DNA of 64,000 nt, from NCBI GenBank assembly GCA_951406725.2, contig OX597835.1:39680001-39744000 (forward strand). The letters are read 5' to 3'. This DNA comes from Octopus vulgaris (Eukaryota). The stretch's first letter is position 1. Each line of letters begins with the position of its first letter. Positions 49,951 through 63,951 of this stretch are shown here, one piece after another. Under the pieces are notes generated by a model that was not told where the DNA came from, did not search any database, and saw only the letters and a program-made list of their open reading frames with translations. The translations under genes and the position numbers were made by a program.

Positions 49951-50462
49951 GTTAATCCAAACAAGAAAGCAAAAAAAAAAACACAACAACGCGAGGACGT
50001 GGAACAAATATAGTATTGATCAGAGAAACTAAAAGAGAGGAGGGTTGCATGAAAAGTTAGAACCCCACCGGGTCATAAATCTATTACATGCCCCCCTTTG
50101 TAAGCGTGGATTTTAAGCAAAAGTTAGCCTAAGAAACCAGCTCACGACCCACAAACATTAAAGATTCTAATCTGGTCATCTCCAGTGACATGACGGACGA
50201 ACAAAATTTTTTAAAAACGAAACGAAAAACAAATGCAGCTAATAATGATTGTCTTTAATATGCGAATGAGGTCTGAAACTTGTTGAGTAGGGGTTAGACG
50301 ATCGTATCGATTCTTGTGATTGACTGGTACTTTATTGTATCGACCCTGGAAGGATGAAAGGCAAAGTTGACGATGACGGTATACTTAAAAGTGCCGGGGC
50401 TAGGGGGAAGGTGAAAAATAGAAAAACATGGGGAGGGAATAGGAGAGGGAAGGAAAGGCCGA

Positions 50463-50578
50463 AAGAAGGAGGAGGAGGAGGAGGAGGAGAAGAAGAAGAA
50501 GAAGAAGAAGAAGAAGAAGAAGAAGAAGAAGAAGAAGAAGAAGAAGAAGAAGAAGAAGAAGAAGAAGAAGAAGAAGAA
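50463..50578. repeat. (GGA)n/(GAA)n microsatellite
   Basis: Direct reading. Confidence 0.95.
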
Positions 50579-51254
50579 TTTGGGGTTTTCCTTTTGGATT
50601 TTATTTCTTCGAATATTTTACAGACATTGAATGAATGCGCATTCTAGTTTATTTTTTTATTGCTATTTATAAAGTTTTTTTTTATAAATGTTTTTTTTTC
50701 TTCATATAATTGGGAGGAAGGTGGTGGATTGCAGAATTGGTAGGGGTGTTAGATAAAGAAACTACCCCCTGGCATCATTTACTTTCATCAATTTACGTTC
50801 AGCGCTCAAATCCCACCCAGGTTGTTTCTAATGTATGTCTGTCGATAAATAATGTAAACGTCAGCTAGCGGTGTCAATTTAATCGACAATTTGTGATTTT
50901 ATTTTATTTTATTTTAGATTGCAATTTATTTTTTTACTTCTTTTTTTTTTCTCACTCTGGTATTTCCTGGCTGTGACAACATCTTACCACCCTATATTTT
51001 ATGCTAACTTAAGTCACTTTTAACCCTGGGAATGTTCTTCAGAACAAGTTTCAGCCAAGTAACAAAGCTTTTTTTTATTTCGCCATACTTTAAATATTTC
51101 AGGCTCCTTTGTGTATTGTAAAACCTTTTGTGTTTCAAATACATTTTTTTTTTGTTAGGAATTATTAACTAATTCCTACCATTTTGTAAATGTTCATATA
51201 TAGACATGTAGAACATATTATTGAAACCTCATATCTATCTACCTATCTCCCCCT

Positions 51255-51338
<84 letters not shown>

Positions 51339-51436
51339 TAATCCAAACATGAAAGCACAAAAAAAAACACAACAACGTGAGGACGTGGAACAAATACAGT
51401 ATTATTGGACGCCCAGGAAAGAAGGAAAGAAGGAGG

Positions 51437-51471
51437 ATTTAACGTTTCGAGCGGAGCTCTTCGTCGGAAAC
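51437..51471 (-). ncRNA. Minimal type-I hammerhead motif (intact stem II, U4 changed to C) in element 51334-51548
   Basis: Minus strand GUUU-CCGACGA-A-GAGC(UCC)GCUC-GAAA-CGUU-AAAU; paralogue of 49679-49713. Confidence 0.65.
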
Positions 51472-52358
51472 ATAGGAGAAGGAAAGATCCAGAGAAGGGA
51501 AGACAGAGGGAAAAAAATCGCCAACGGTACACACGCAGTCACATTTCCGAAGTATATAAAGCTACAAATCATAACATATAGTTATTTGGTAAAAAAAAAC
51601 TTTAAAAAAAAGGGGGACGAAGGGTGCTCATGGGAATCGAACCGATATTTGCTGTAAACATGAGAGACTTTCTGCCATTGAACCAAAGCAATTCTTCCCG
51701 TTTGTGACTCTATTTTAGAAGCTTTGTTCTCACCAGCCAGAATTGTCTTGTTGGCATCATCAGAATTTAGAAACTTTTTTAACACAAGATTTACACGTTG
51801 TTGTTTATAGCTTTATCTACTTCGAGCTCTACAGTCGAAAACGAATTACTTCACGTCTCTAGTAAAACACACACACACACACACACATGTATGTTACTAG
51901 AGTGATGTCTGTTGAAAATAAACCTGGTATCAGCAGCGGGTCAAGCGATTAGTTCATGACCGCTTATCCCTCCACGTCGCTACGTTGCTCCAGTTGGTCA
52001 GGTCTCTTTGATCAAATACATTCCAACCGTGACCATCTCAGCTTTCTCCTTCCTCTTTTTCGTGTCTCTTGTATTTAGGGACGACATTATTTTATGGGTT
52101 GCTCCCAATATTTAAAAAAAAACATCCCAGTGTGAGAGGAAAGAGTTTTAGCTGTTATTTCTTGACAGATCAAGCAATTACCTTTCAATAGCGCGGCCCG
52201 TCAGGTCAACCACAATTCAGATATATAATCTATGAAATCTAGGATCAAAGACAATCTAACCGTAACAAACTCATCTTATTTCATGAATAATAAATATATT
52301 AGGAACTATGTTTTCTAAAGAATCCGACCTCGCCCTATACATACACTTACGCATATTA

Positions 52359-52512
<154 letters not shown>

Positions 52513-52611
52513 TAGATAGATAGATATATAGATATATTTATATATATTTATATATTTATATATATATATATATTTATGTATATATATAACTTGTCCTCAT
52601 ATGTGTACATT

Positions 52612-52652
<41 letters not shown>

Positions 52653-53025
52653 GGGTGCTAGGAGATTTGACTGTTACTTTTGGTGGGTCGAGTTCGCAAG
52701 CCCCAGTAGTCAAAGGAACCGTGCTGCCCTCCCTCGTTCCGATCTTTCGTTGGACATGGTCTGATTGCTACATGCTTACGTATTTGCACGGTAAATAGAC
52801 TACACAAGAACAGCGGCACTATAGATAGACGGTGGTGGCGCGAATGGCAGGGGTCGGTACTAGAGTCCGCTAGGATCTTTCTCCAACCCATCCATCCTTA
52901 AATTTAGGGAAGGATTACAATAGATTTGCTCGTTAGATTATTTGTTTGTTTACCGGTTGGCTGGTTGGCGCGTCCAGCATGTATATGCGTATAGGGATGT
53001 AAGGATATATATTTGTGTGTATGAT

Positions 53026-53080
<55 letters not shown>

Positions 53081-53855
53081 CTGTTACTGTATTGTATGTG
53101 TCTGTTATTCTCTAGTTTTTAGTCTCTAGGTAAATGTATTTGTATATATGGGTTTATCTTTATAAATATATGTAGTTATATGTATCTATGTATAACTGTG
53201 TGCATCAACATAAATGTATGTGTGTGTATGTACGTGTATCCTAATTGTGTTTATCTGCATCACTGTCTCTCTCTCTTTCTCTCTCTCTATCTATCTATCT
53301 ATTTATCAATGTGTGTCTGTGTGCATATTTATATATATAGATACGCGTGTTTCTAGTATGTGACTGGGTATATGTGTATGTTACGTATCACTTGTCTACA
53401 TGTGTATATGACAAGAGATATGTTCAGTAAATATGACGATCAATTGACACCCTCTTTTTCCCCCGCCACACATCCTCCCACTGCTACCCTTTGTTGCCTT
53501 CCCAAAAACCGTGACACGCGAGTTCGATCTCTAACGGGATCCACTTTCGCCTTCAACCTTTCACATTTTATTTTTTGTTTCGATTTTTTAAAAAATATTC
53601 TTTTATGTTTCTGTGTATGTGTGTATACGTGTCGTATGGTTCCTTGTATTATATATATATATATCCGTATGTGTGTTGTTCTTATATTTGTGCGAGTTTT
53701 ATAGTGTGTGTTGTATTGTACGTCTGCGCATACGTTGTATTGTGTATGTCTACGTGTGTATTCATTCTTTCTTTGTCCTTCAGTATTTGTTACCATCTTT
53801 TGTCAGAAAAAAGAATCAATCGATAAGAAATTATCACAATAAATACGATACTATA

Positions 53856-53947
<92 letters not shown>

Positions 53948-54099
53948 TGATGATGATAAATATCGGCAAAAGAGACCGATAGAATAAGTACTGGGCTTAC
54001 AAAAGAATAAGTCCCGCGGTCGAGTTGCTCGATTAAAGGCAGTGCTCCAGCATGGCCGCAGTCAAATGACTGAAACAAGTAAAAGAGTAAAAGAGTGTC

Positions 54100-54580
54100 A
54101 TCATGATCAGAGAGCGAAAGTGTTACACTGGAAACTATGCGAAAAGAGGGGCGACCAGAGAGAGGCAAAACGTGGTATGAGGACAAATCGCAGAGAGTGG
54201 CAGAGTCGAAGACTAGCAATCCAAACATATCAGGTGCTAGAGCATAACAGACTGGACCTAGTAGTGGTGGACAAAGTGCACCACGTATGTTATATAGTTG
54301 ATGTTGCATTCCCCTTTGACCAACGAATAGTCAGGAAGGATGGCGAAAAAACAGATAAATACAACTCCTCTTAAGTACGAAATAGCTTGGCTATGGATAA
54401 TGAAGAAAATTGAAATAGAGTGCCCGGTAGAACTGTTACAAAAGGTTTCCCTCCAGAATAATCGGGAAAGCATTAGATAGCTGAAAAGAATGGATAGCAT
54501 GGTACCATAAGTTGCAGGTAGCAAACCCGCTACTCATGCAAGACTTCAGGACCTCCAACAAAACCTCTGATAAAGAGAAA
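54100..54580 (+). mobile_element. Decayed R4/Dong-clade LINE 3' fragment
   Basis: HDQRAKVLHWKLCEK...IQTYQVLEHNRLDLVVVDK...IVDVAFPFD...EKTDKY (RHD and PD-D-K RLE motifs), followed by AAT repeats. Confidence 0.8.
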
Positions 54581-54613
54581 TAATAATAATGATCATAACA
54601 ATGATAACAATAA

Positions 54614-55075
54614 TTGGTATAGAACATGGACTACAGCAAATATTCTGCTCAATACCACATATTTGCTTGTCAGTTGTTTGACCGTAACCAGTTGAGCATG
54701 TCTCTTAGTGGCTGAAGATATGTGCATCTCTGATCACAAGCAGGAGTAGTTGGGGAGCATCATAGCCATGCGTTGAAAGGAATTCTTTGGGGCTTTAATA
54801 ATTCACCTCTGGATGTTTCGTTTATCATCCTTAAACCGACCTTTTGGGACCTTTTGAGTGGGATGGGCTACTTGACTTGAAGAAAATTCAAACTGGGCCC
54901 AACCTGCACGGTCATGCACTGTTTATCTTGACATGAGATCACCATGTCATGCACATATGGTTGTGACGCATGTGCCTGGTGTACCCTTATCAGATGAGTA
55001 GTCGTGATGGGTATACTGAGCTTCATATATTTGTACCCCAGTGTCATTTTGATGGCAAGCGCTGCTCTCTCATTC

Positions 55076-55108
<33 letters not shown>

Positions 55109-55554
55109 TCTGCTCAATACCACAGATTTGCTTGTCAGTTGTTTGACCATAACCAGATGAGCATGTCCCTTAGTGGCTGACGACATGTGCATCTCTGATC
55201 CTGAGCAGAAGTAATGTGGAAGCTTCATAGCCATGTGTTGAGAGGGATTCTTTAGGGTTTGAATAATTCACTTCTGGAAGCATGGGAGTTTCGTTCAACA
55301 TCCTTAAACAACCCTTATTCAGGGACCTTTTGAGCGAGATGGGTTACTCAACCAGAAGAAAATTCTAACTGGGCCCCACCTGCAAGGTCATGTACTGTTT
55401 ATCTTGACATGAGGTCACCATGTCACGCATATATGGTTGTGACGCATGTGCCTGGTGTACCCTTATCAGACGGGTAGTCATGATGGGTATACTGGGCTTA
55501 GTATATTTTACCCCAGTATCACTTTGATGGCATGCACTGCTCTCTCACTCAATA

Positions 55555-55605
<51 letters not shown>

Positions 55606-55916
55606 GAGAGGGATTCTTTGGTGTTTGAATAATTCACCTCTGGAAACATGGGTGGTTCTTTCAACATCCTTAAACAACCCTTATTCAGGGACCTTTTGAG
55701 CGAGATGGGCTACTCAACCTGAAGAAAATTCTAACTGGGCCCCACCTGCAAGGTCATGTGCTGTTTATCTTGATATGAGATCACCATGTCGTGCACATAT
55801 GGTTGTGATGCATGTGCCTGGTGTACCCTTATCAGACGGGTAGTCATGATGGGTATATTGGGCTTCGTATATTTTACCCCAGTGTCACTTTGATGGCATG
55901 AACTGCTCTCTCACTC
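54614..55916 (+). mobile_element. Three head-to-tail family D copies separated by (AAT)n
   Basis: Copies 54614-55075, 55108-55550 and 55606-55916 share the 3' end and differ in 5' start. Confidence 0.9.
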
Positions 55917-55920
55917 AATA

Positions 55921-55977
<57 letters not shown>

Positions 55978-56290
55978 TGACGATGATGATTTGTCCCTCA
56001 TCCTTCGCCCTGGTGGCAAATAAAGGAAATTATTATTGTTGTTGTTGCTTTTGTTGCTATTTATTATTGTTGTTGTTGTTGTTTCTGATTTAGGCACAAG
56101 GCCAGCAAAACTCGAAGGGATTGAGGGAACGGGCAAAGGGGGTTTAATCGACGCCATTGATCTGTTTACTAATTGTTGCTAATTAACGTTTTATTAACGT
56201 ATTCAACCACTAAATAATTCGAGCAATAAACAACGAAACCGGCAGAAAGTAGTAGTAGTAGTAGTAGTAATGGTGGTGGTGGTGGTGGTG

Positions 56291-56334
<44 letters not shown>

Positions 56335-56630
56335 GGTGGTGGTGGTGGTGGTGGTGGTGGTAGTAGTAGTAGTAGTTGATGAATGAAAACTGCGGAAGAG
56401 CGTGTAAGAGAGACAGAGTGAACGAGAGGGAAGGAAAGACAGACAGACAGTTTAGGGGTCAAAGATAGTGATGACACCTTGTCCAGCCTAAAAAAAGGGC
56501 GTTATTAGCTAAGTAGTCCCACCTCACCTCCACCCCATATAAATATATTTTTATATATAACAAGATTATATACACGCATACACACACACATATATAACAC
56601 AAGATACACACACATACATACATCACGAAT

Positions 56631-56669
<39 letters not shown>

Positions 56670-57020
56670 TACATCCACATCTACACAGAATCAAAGGAGC
56701 TGCAAAGGGACAGGATGTGTTGCCTTTTTGTTGTTGTTGTTGTTGTTGTTGATGATGCTGTCGTTGTTACAGTTTCAACCCCAGGTCAACCCTCCATTAT
56801 GAAGAGCTTATGAATTTATGATCAAAGACATTCCAGCTGTGACTTTCCCAGTTTTGCCCCCCCCCCTTATGTAAGAGGAACCTTGGGGGCCAAATTATCC
56901 CCCCCATGCCCCCATCCCTTTTTACTGCTATTTTTCCCCCCAAAGACATTTGGATTCATATTATCTAATGGGTCCACGCCCATCCTTATTTTTTAATACG
57001 GTGGCTGGTATTTGCTGAGG

Positions 57021-57722
57021 GAAATTTAGCTGCTATTTCTCGTACCCAGAGGTTCCACCCTCGGTCAAGATAACGTTGTGAGGGAGATTTGGTTGCTATT
57101 TCTTGAACGTACAGGTCCTATTCTTCGACAGGATAATGTTGCTGAGAGAGATTTGGCTGCTATTTCTTGTACCTAGAGGGCTCCACCTTCGGTCAAGATA
57201 ATGTTGTGAGGGAGATTTGGTTGCTATTTCTTGAACGTACAGGTCCTATTCTTCGACAGGATAATGTTGCTGAGAGAGATTTGGCTGCTATTTCTCGTAC
57301 CTAGAGGGCTCCACTCTCGGTCAGGTTAATATTACTGAGGGAGATTTGGTTGCTATTTCTTGCACGTACATGCCCTATTCTTCGACAGGATAATGTTGCT
57401 GAGAGAGATTTGGCTGCTATTTCTCGTACCCAGAGGTTCCACCTTCGGTCAAGATAACGTTGTGAGGGAGATTTGGTTGCTATTTCTTGCACGTACAGGC
57501 CCTATTCTTCGACAGGATAATGTTGCTGAGAGATTTGGCTGCTATTTCTCGTACCCAGAGGTTCCACCCTCGGTCAAGATAATGTTGTGAGGGAGATTTG
57601 GTTGCTATTTCTTGCACGTACATGCCCTATTCTTCGACAGGATAATGTTGCTGAGAGAAATTTGGCTGCTATTTCTCGTACCCAGAGGGCTCCACCCTCG
57701 GTCAAGTTAATATTACTGAGGG
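57021..57722. repeat. ~64-bp minisatellite, 11 units alternating A/B, inside a dispersed family G repeat
   Basis: gagatttggYtgctatttct anchors at about 57021, 57084, 57148, 57212, 57276, 57341, 57405, 57468, 57530, 57593, 57657. Confidence 0.92.
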
Positions 57723-58462
57723 AGATGTTGCTACTGTTTCTAACAAGTAGGTCAGGATAATGATGAAGGAGATTTGGCTGCTATTTCTCGCATGGCTCAG
57801 GATAATGTTGATAGGTGGTTGTAGTGTTTAACCCCAGGTCAATCCAGATTGATCAGTGTTTCATTAAAGTCGTTCCAGCCACGACATCCCTTCCAATTTT
57901 CCTATCCCAGCGTTATCGAACTCACTGTTTTCTGCGACGCAAGGACGCGATTTGATGGAGATTTAGCAGCTATTTCTAGCATGGCGAACAACCACCAGCC
58001 ATATACAGGTTCGCCTTTAGCTGGGTTATAGAGAAAAATGATGATGGCGGCGGTCGTGGTGGTGGTGGTGGTGACGAGGACAGTAGCGGCGGTGGTGGGG
58101 ATGAAAGGGGTTGGGGGGTATGTGGTATGTTTGGGTGGAGTAAGGATCAGGGGAGGGGGAGGTGTGCGCTCGCAGGGTGTGAAAGGGTTCAGCGTTTGTT
58201 TGTCAATCGACGGAGCTGAAATAATTCGATTAGGCCGGTGATGGTGGTGGCGACGACAGTGGCGACGGTGGTGGTGGTGGTGGTGGTTGTGGTGGTGGTT
58301 GGTGGTGGTGGTGGTGGTGCTAGCGGCAGGCAGTGGGAGGTGAAGGGGTGGGGTGGGGGTGGATAGAGAGGCATCGGAGCAGCAACCGGGAACTCGTTCT
58401 TATACTGTAATTCTTTACAAAACAAACACACCACCCACATCACCACCACCACCACCACCACC

Positions 58463-58530
<68 letters not shown>

Positions 58531-58803
58531 CCACCTACAACTACTGCAAGCATGCACCACCGCACCACCCCCACCCACCAGCATCGCCGCCAATACGCAA
58601 CACGCCGCCACCGTTACCACCACCAACCACAATCCATTTCTTTTCTCTTCCCATTACCCACCTCTTTTCCTCCCTCCCTCTCTCTCTCTCTCTCTCTCTT
58701 TCTTTATCTCTCTTACCAACAGCATACCATCATCACCTCTCCACTTTCGCCCACCACTACCAGCAATGATTTATCGCTCTCTCTCTCTCTCTCTCTATCT
58801 CTC

Positions 58804-58844
<41 letters not shown>

Positions 58845-59836
58845 AACACACGCATGCGCCCTTCAAGACCACAAACCACCAGCTCTCCCAGTCTGTCTGT
58901 ATGTCTCATTCTCTGCCTCTCTCTCTCTCTCTCTCGCTCTCTCAACATCAGCTCTCTCTCTTTCTCTATCTCAGCATCTCCTCTCCTTCTGTCCCTGTCT
59001 GTCTCTCCCTCCCTCTCTCTCTCTTTCTAAGCATCACTCTCTCTCTAAGCACATTCCCTCAGTCTATTTGTCTCTCTCTCTCCTTGTGTCCCTGTCTCTC
59101 TCTCTCTCTCTCCATCTCTCTTTCTAAGCATCACCCCTCTCTTTCACTCTCTCTAAGCACTTTCCATCTCTTTCTCTCTCTCTCTCACAGCATCACCTCT
59201 CCATGGCTCTCTCTGTTTCTCTCTGTCTAACCACCACCACCACCACCACCACCACCACCACCACCATCTCTCCTTCCTCCTCCTGTCTCCCACTCTTCCC
59301 CTCCAACCCCCAATCCCCAACACGACTAACACTCTATAACCCTTATTTTTTACACAATTTGCGGTCGAGTCACACGAACGACGACCTCGAGGTGGTAGCG
59401 ACGGCGGTGGAGTTAAGGGGATTTAGGGGTCCGTAATTGGGTTTATATAACTAACCCTAATAACATTAAGTAGTGAATGGCGGTGGCGGGGGAGGAGAGG
59501 GGAGGTGGAAATAAAAGAACGGTGAGAGTGGGTGGAGGGTGTGTGTGTAGACTGTTCGTTCCTTAATTGTATTATTAAGGGGGTGAAAGGGGCACTGCGT
59601 CACACCGCACTCCACTCCACTACCCTTACTCACGCGGCACACAATCCAACCCTTTCTTTTCACCCATGTGCATCCCACCCCACCGTCTGCCCTCTATAAT
59701 CATGTAAATATAGCCCCTTGTCCCCCTCCCCATCTGACGCCCTAGCAACAGCAAATAAAGAAAATCACCACTGCAACCATCATTATCATCACCACCACCA
59801 CCACCACCACCACCACCACCATCATCATTATTATTA

Positions 59837-59868
<32 letters not shown>

Positions 59869-59974
59869 GCCCCCACCCCCTATTTAACGATTATGTGAAT
59901 TCTATTGTAAATTTGTTTATTGGCCCTTGTGGCTAATAAAGAAATAGCTGTTGTTGTTGTCGTTGTTGTTACGC

Positions 59975-60905
59975 TACAGAATTGCTAGCATTCGCCGGGC
60001 AAAATGCTTTACTAAGCATTTCTGCTCGTCTTCATGTTCTGAGTTCAAATTCCGCCAAAGTCGACCTTGCCTTTCGGTGTTCGATAAAATAAAGTACCAG
60101 TTGAACACTGGAGTCAATATAATCGACTTTAACCCCTACCTCAAAATTACTGGCCTGGTGCCAAAATTTGAAACGATCATTATTATTATTATTATTATTA
60201 CTATTATTATTATTATTATTATTACTATTATTATTATTATTATTATTAAAAGATGGCGAACTGGCAGAAACGTTAGCACGCCGGGCGAAATGCTTAGCAG
60301 TATTTCAGCCGTAGCTACGTTCTGAGTTCAAATTCCGCCTATGTCGACTTTGCCTTTCATCCTTTCGGGGTCGATTAAATTAAGCACCAGTTACGCACTG
60401 GGGTCGATGTAATCGACTTAATCCGCTTGTCTGTCCTTGTTTGTCCCCTCTGTGTTTAGCTCCTTGTGGGTAGTAAAGAAATAGGTATTTCGCTACGTTG
60501 TGAGTCCAAATCCCGCCGGAGTCGACTTTGCCTCTCATCCTTCAGGGTCGATAAAATAAGTACCAGTTGAACATTGCAGTAAATGTAGTCGACTCATTCC
60601 CACCTCTCCCCATGTTGCCCTTGTGGCAAAAATTTGAAATAGTAATAATGATAATAATTATTATTATTGTTGTTGTTGTTGTTATCATCAGTAAGGCGGC
60701 GAGCTGGCAGAAAGGTTAGCACGCCGGGCGAAATGCTTAGCGACACTTCGTCCGTCTTTACGATTTGAGTTCAAGTTCTGCCGAGGTCGACTTTGCCTTT
60801 CATCCCTTCGGGATCGATAAAATAAGTACCACTGAGGTTGATGTAATCGACTAGTCCCCTTCCCCAAAATTTGAGGTCTAGTGCCTTTAGTAGAAAGGAT
60901 TATCA
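59975..60905 (+). mobile_element. Head-to-tail cluster of four SINE B units, including B1 joined to a headless B unit at 60483/60484
   Basis: aaagaaata|ggtatttcg junction; (ATT)n tails. Confidence 0.88.
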
Positions 60906-61093
60906 TTATTATGATTATTATTATTATTATCATTTTATTATTTTTTTTTTCTTCTTCTTTCAAATTTGCTTTCATTTCTTGCCGAGCGTCTTCCCGACTC
61001 CTAGGGCAAAGAAACTCATAGTATACATTGGTAGGCCATTAAACCAAACTCAATAGTTCGTTCATTTTTTTTTTAAGGTTAAATTAAATATTA

Positions 61094-61151
<58 letters not shown>

Positions 61152-61629
61152 CAACAGTATGGCCCTTTAATTGTATTGGGAGGGAATGAGTAACGAGGTA
61201 GGGGTGTGGTGCTCTCTAAATAATACATTACCCCCATCTACGCACCTCTCTCTCTCTCTCTCTCTCTCTCCCTCTTTCTCTTTCTCTGACGAGGAAGAGA
61301 AAGCATAAATACCCACACGCATACGTGCACACACAAGTACACACTCTCACACACACACGCCCGCAAACACACACACACACACACATACACACACCACGTG
61401 CATACACAATGGTGAGAAATGCAAATACCAAAACACAAATACAAGCACTCTCATACGTAACTCAGGAATGGAGCTTGTACGTGGAGGTGGGCGTGGATGG
61501 GTGGACGTATGCCTGTATGTAGGTAGTTAGGCATTTCATACCGGATAATTGAATAACTTTGGTCAATATTATTTCAAAACACACAATTGTTTGTTTAACA
61601 TCAAAATAAATACTGCCCGAGGATATATA

Positions 61630-62062
61630 GGGCTGGTTACCCGGTTTCCGGGGCCTATAAGGGATCGTGAGCACAACATTATCATCTGAATGAGATGCCA
61701 GTCTGTTGCAAGGTAACTTATTTACAGCCGAGTGGACTGAGGCAACATGAAATAAAGTATACCTATTTCTTTACTACCCACAAGGGGCTAAACACAGAGG
61801 GGACAAACAAGGACAGACAAACGGATTAAGTCGATTATATCGCTCCCAGTGCGTAACTGGTACTTAATTTATCGACCCCGAAAGGATGAAAGGCAAAGTC
61901 GACCTCGGCGGAATTTGAACTCAGAACATAAAGACAGACGAAATACGGCTACGCATTTCGCCCGGCGTGCTCCCACGAACACAACGCACTGCCTGGTCCG
62001 AGGATTGAAACCACTAGCCTGCGATCGTGAGCGCAACACACGAACCACTAGGTTCATGCGCC
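61630..62062 (-). mobile_element. SINE E copy with nested SINE B1 (61764-61971)
   Basis: E sequence continues on both sides of B1 when compared with 12690-12925. Confidence 0.8.
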
Positions 62063-62579
62063 TTCATACCTTCGTCACCAAATCTATGCAGAATTAATTG
62101 GTTAATTAAAAGGCAAATGATAAAGGTCAGAGGTCGAATAAAAAGAAATAACACAAGGCCTCATACAACTGACTCTTTGATTGGATAGGAATGAAAGGAT
62201 TCAGGAAGTTTCCCTTTTTCATGATGAGTTAAACTGACAGCAACCAAATACCACATATACTCAAATCATTCTAACCATTTCCAAGAATTAGAGACCATGG
62301 AATTTCAGATTCCGGTACATTCGTTTCCTATATTAGTGTACTAAAATTAATTAGTTAATTAGCAAATCTTCATCGGAGATGAAATTTGTAAATAAATTCC
62401 TATGATTTAAACCAGTGACTGGAAGACATTTTGCTGTCTGTGATCGCAGCACAAATTAAATCGGTTTTAACCAAGACTAAGCCATCTTATACATCACTGA
62501 GTTATTCGAATTAGGTTCAAATAAATGCCTGGACCTATAATCTAGTTAAGCCTGGCTCTCATATTTTATCTCTAATCTG

Positions 62580-62865
62580 TTACTTATTCCAGTCATTAGA
62601 GGTTGGGGCACCACTTCGAAGGGCTTTAGTAGAACAAGTCGACCCCAGTACTTACTTACTTAAAGTCTGTTAATTATTCTATCGGGCTCATTTTGCCGAA
62701 AAGCCAGGTTACAGAAACGCACACTGCTTCCCAACTACATGGTTCCAGGTTTAGTCCCACTGCGTGGCACCTTGGGCAAGTGTCTTCTACTATAGCCTTG
62801 GGCCCACCAAAGCCTTGTGAATGGATTTGGTAGACGGAAACTGAACGAAGCCCGTCGCATATATA

Positions 62866-62909
<44 letters not shown>

Positions 62910-63075
62910 TATGTGCCTGTGTTTGTCCCCATCACCACTTAATAGCCGGTGTTAGTATGTTTACGTCCCCGTAACCCAGCGATTGGCAAAAGACCCTGAT
63001 AGAATATGTATTAGTCTTAGGAACAAAGTACTGGAGTCAATTTGTTCGAGTAAAACCTTCAAGTATAAAAGAATA
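62580..63075. mobile_element. SINE family A pieces (minus-strand 3' part, then plus-strand copy)
   Basis: Family A modules. Confidence 0.75.
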
Positions 63076-63140
63076 AATGAACAAACCAACCCCAATCTAA
63101 GGAGAACAGCCACAAAATTAGAGAAAAACACAAACTCACG

Positions 63141-63191
<51 letters not shown>

Positions 63192-63263
63192 CGGGCCTCT
63201 TTCAATTTCCGTCTACAAGGCATTCAATTCACAAAGCATTGATTGGATACGGGCTATAAGCAG

Positions 63264-63592
63264 AAGGCGCATGGCTCAGTGGTTAAACAGTCGGGCTCAC
63301 AATCATGGGGTAGTGAGTTCGTTTCCAGAACCGGGCCGTGTGTTGTGTTCTTGAGCAAGACACTTTATTTCACATTGCTCCGTTCACTCAGCTGTAGAAA
63401 TGAGTTGCGACATCACAGGTGCCAAGCTGTATCGGCCCCTTTGCCTTTCCCTTGGATAACATTGGTGGGTTGAAGAGGGAAAGCTGGTATTCATGAGCGA
63501 CTGCTGATCCTCCATAAACAACCTACCCCAGACTTCAGCCTTGGAAGAGAACTTCCTAGGTGTAATTCCATGGTCAATCATGACCGAAGGGT
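63264..63592 (+). mobile_element. SINE family F (E-like head/core, different tail) nested in a decayed A copy
   Basis: tggctcagtggtta A-box, tgtgttcttgagcaagacactt core; A-like sequence on both flanks. Confidence 0.7.
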
Positions 63593-63766
63593 GAGGGTGG
63601 GGGCTACGCTTTATAGTAGAAGACAATTGCCCAAAATGGAAGCAATGGGACTGAACGTTAACTTGATGGTTAGGAAGCAAATTTCTTAAGAGCACAGCCA
63701 TGTCTGAGCTTAAGCTAATTAGAAAACATTAAAACGAATTGCATGACACCGGAAATGATGACTCAA

Positions 63767-63951
<185 letters not shown>

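Noticed and set aside
51582-51785. 67-aa minus-strand ORF as a host exon
   Set aside because: No recognisable domain or convincing splice sites.
53505-53545. tRNA-like T-arm (gagttcgatct...cca)
   Set aside because: No 5' half or A-box; too short to call.
57021-57722. CRISPR-like array (constant ~20-mer with ~44-nt intervals)
   Set aside because: The intervals are themselves repeated (A/B alternation), there are no cas genes, and the context is eukaryotic.
58353-59230. Pro/Thr- and Leu/Ser-rich ORFs
   Set aside because: Products of (CCA)n, (CAA)n and (CT)n low-complexity DNA.
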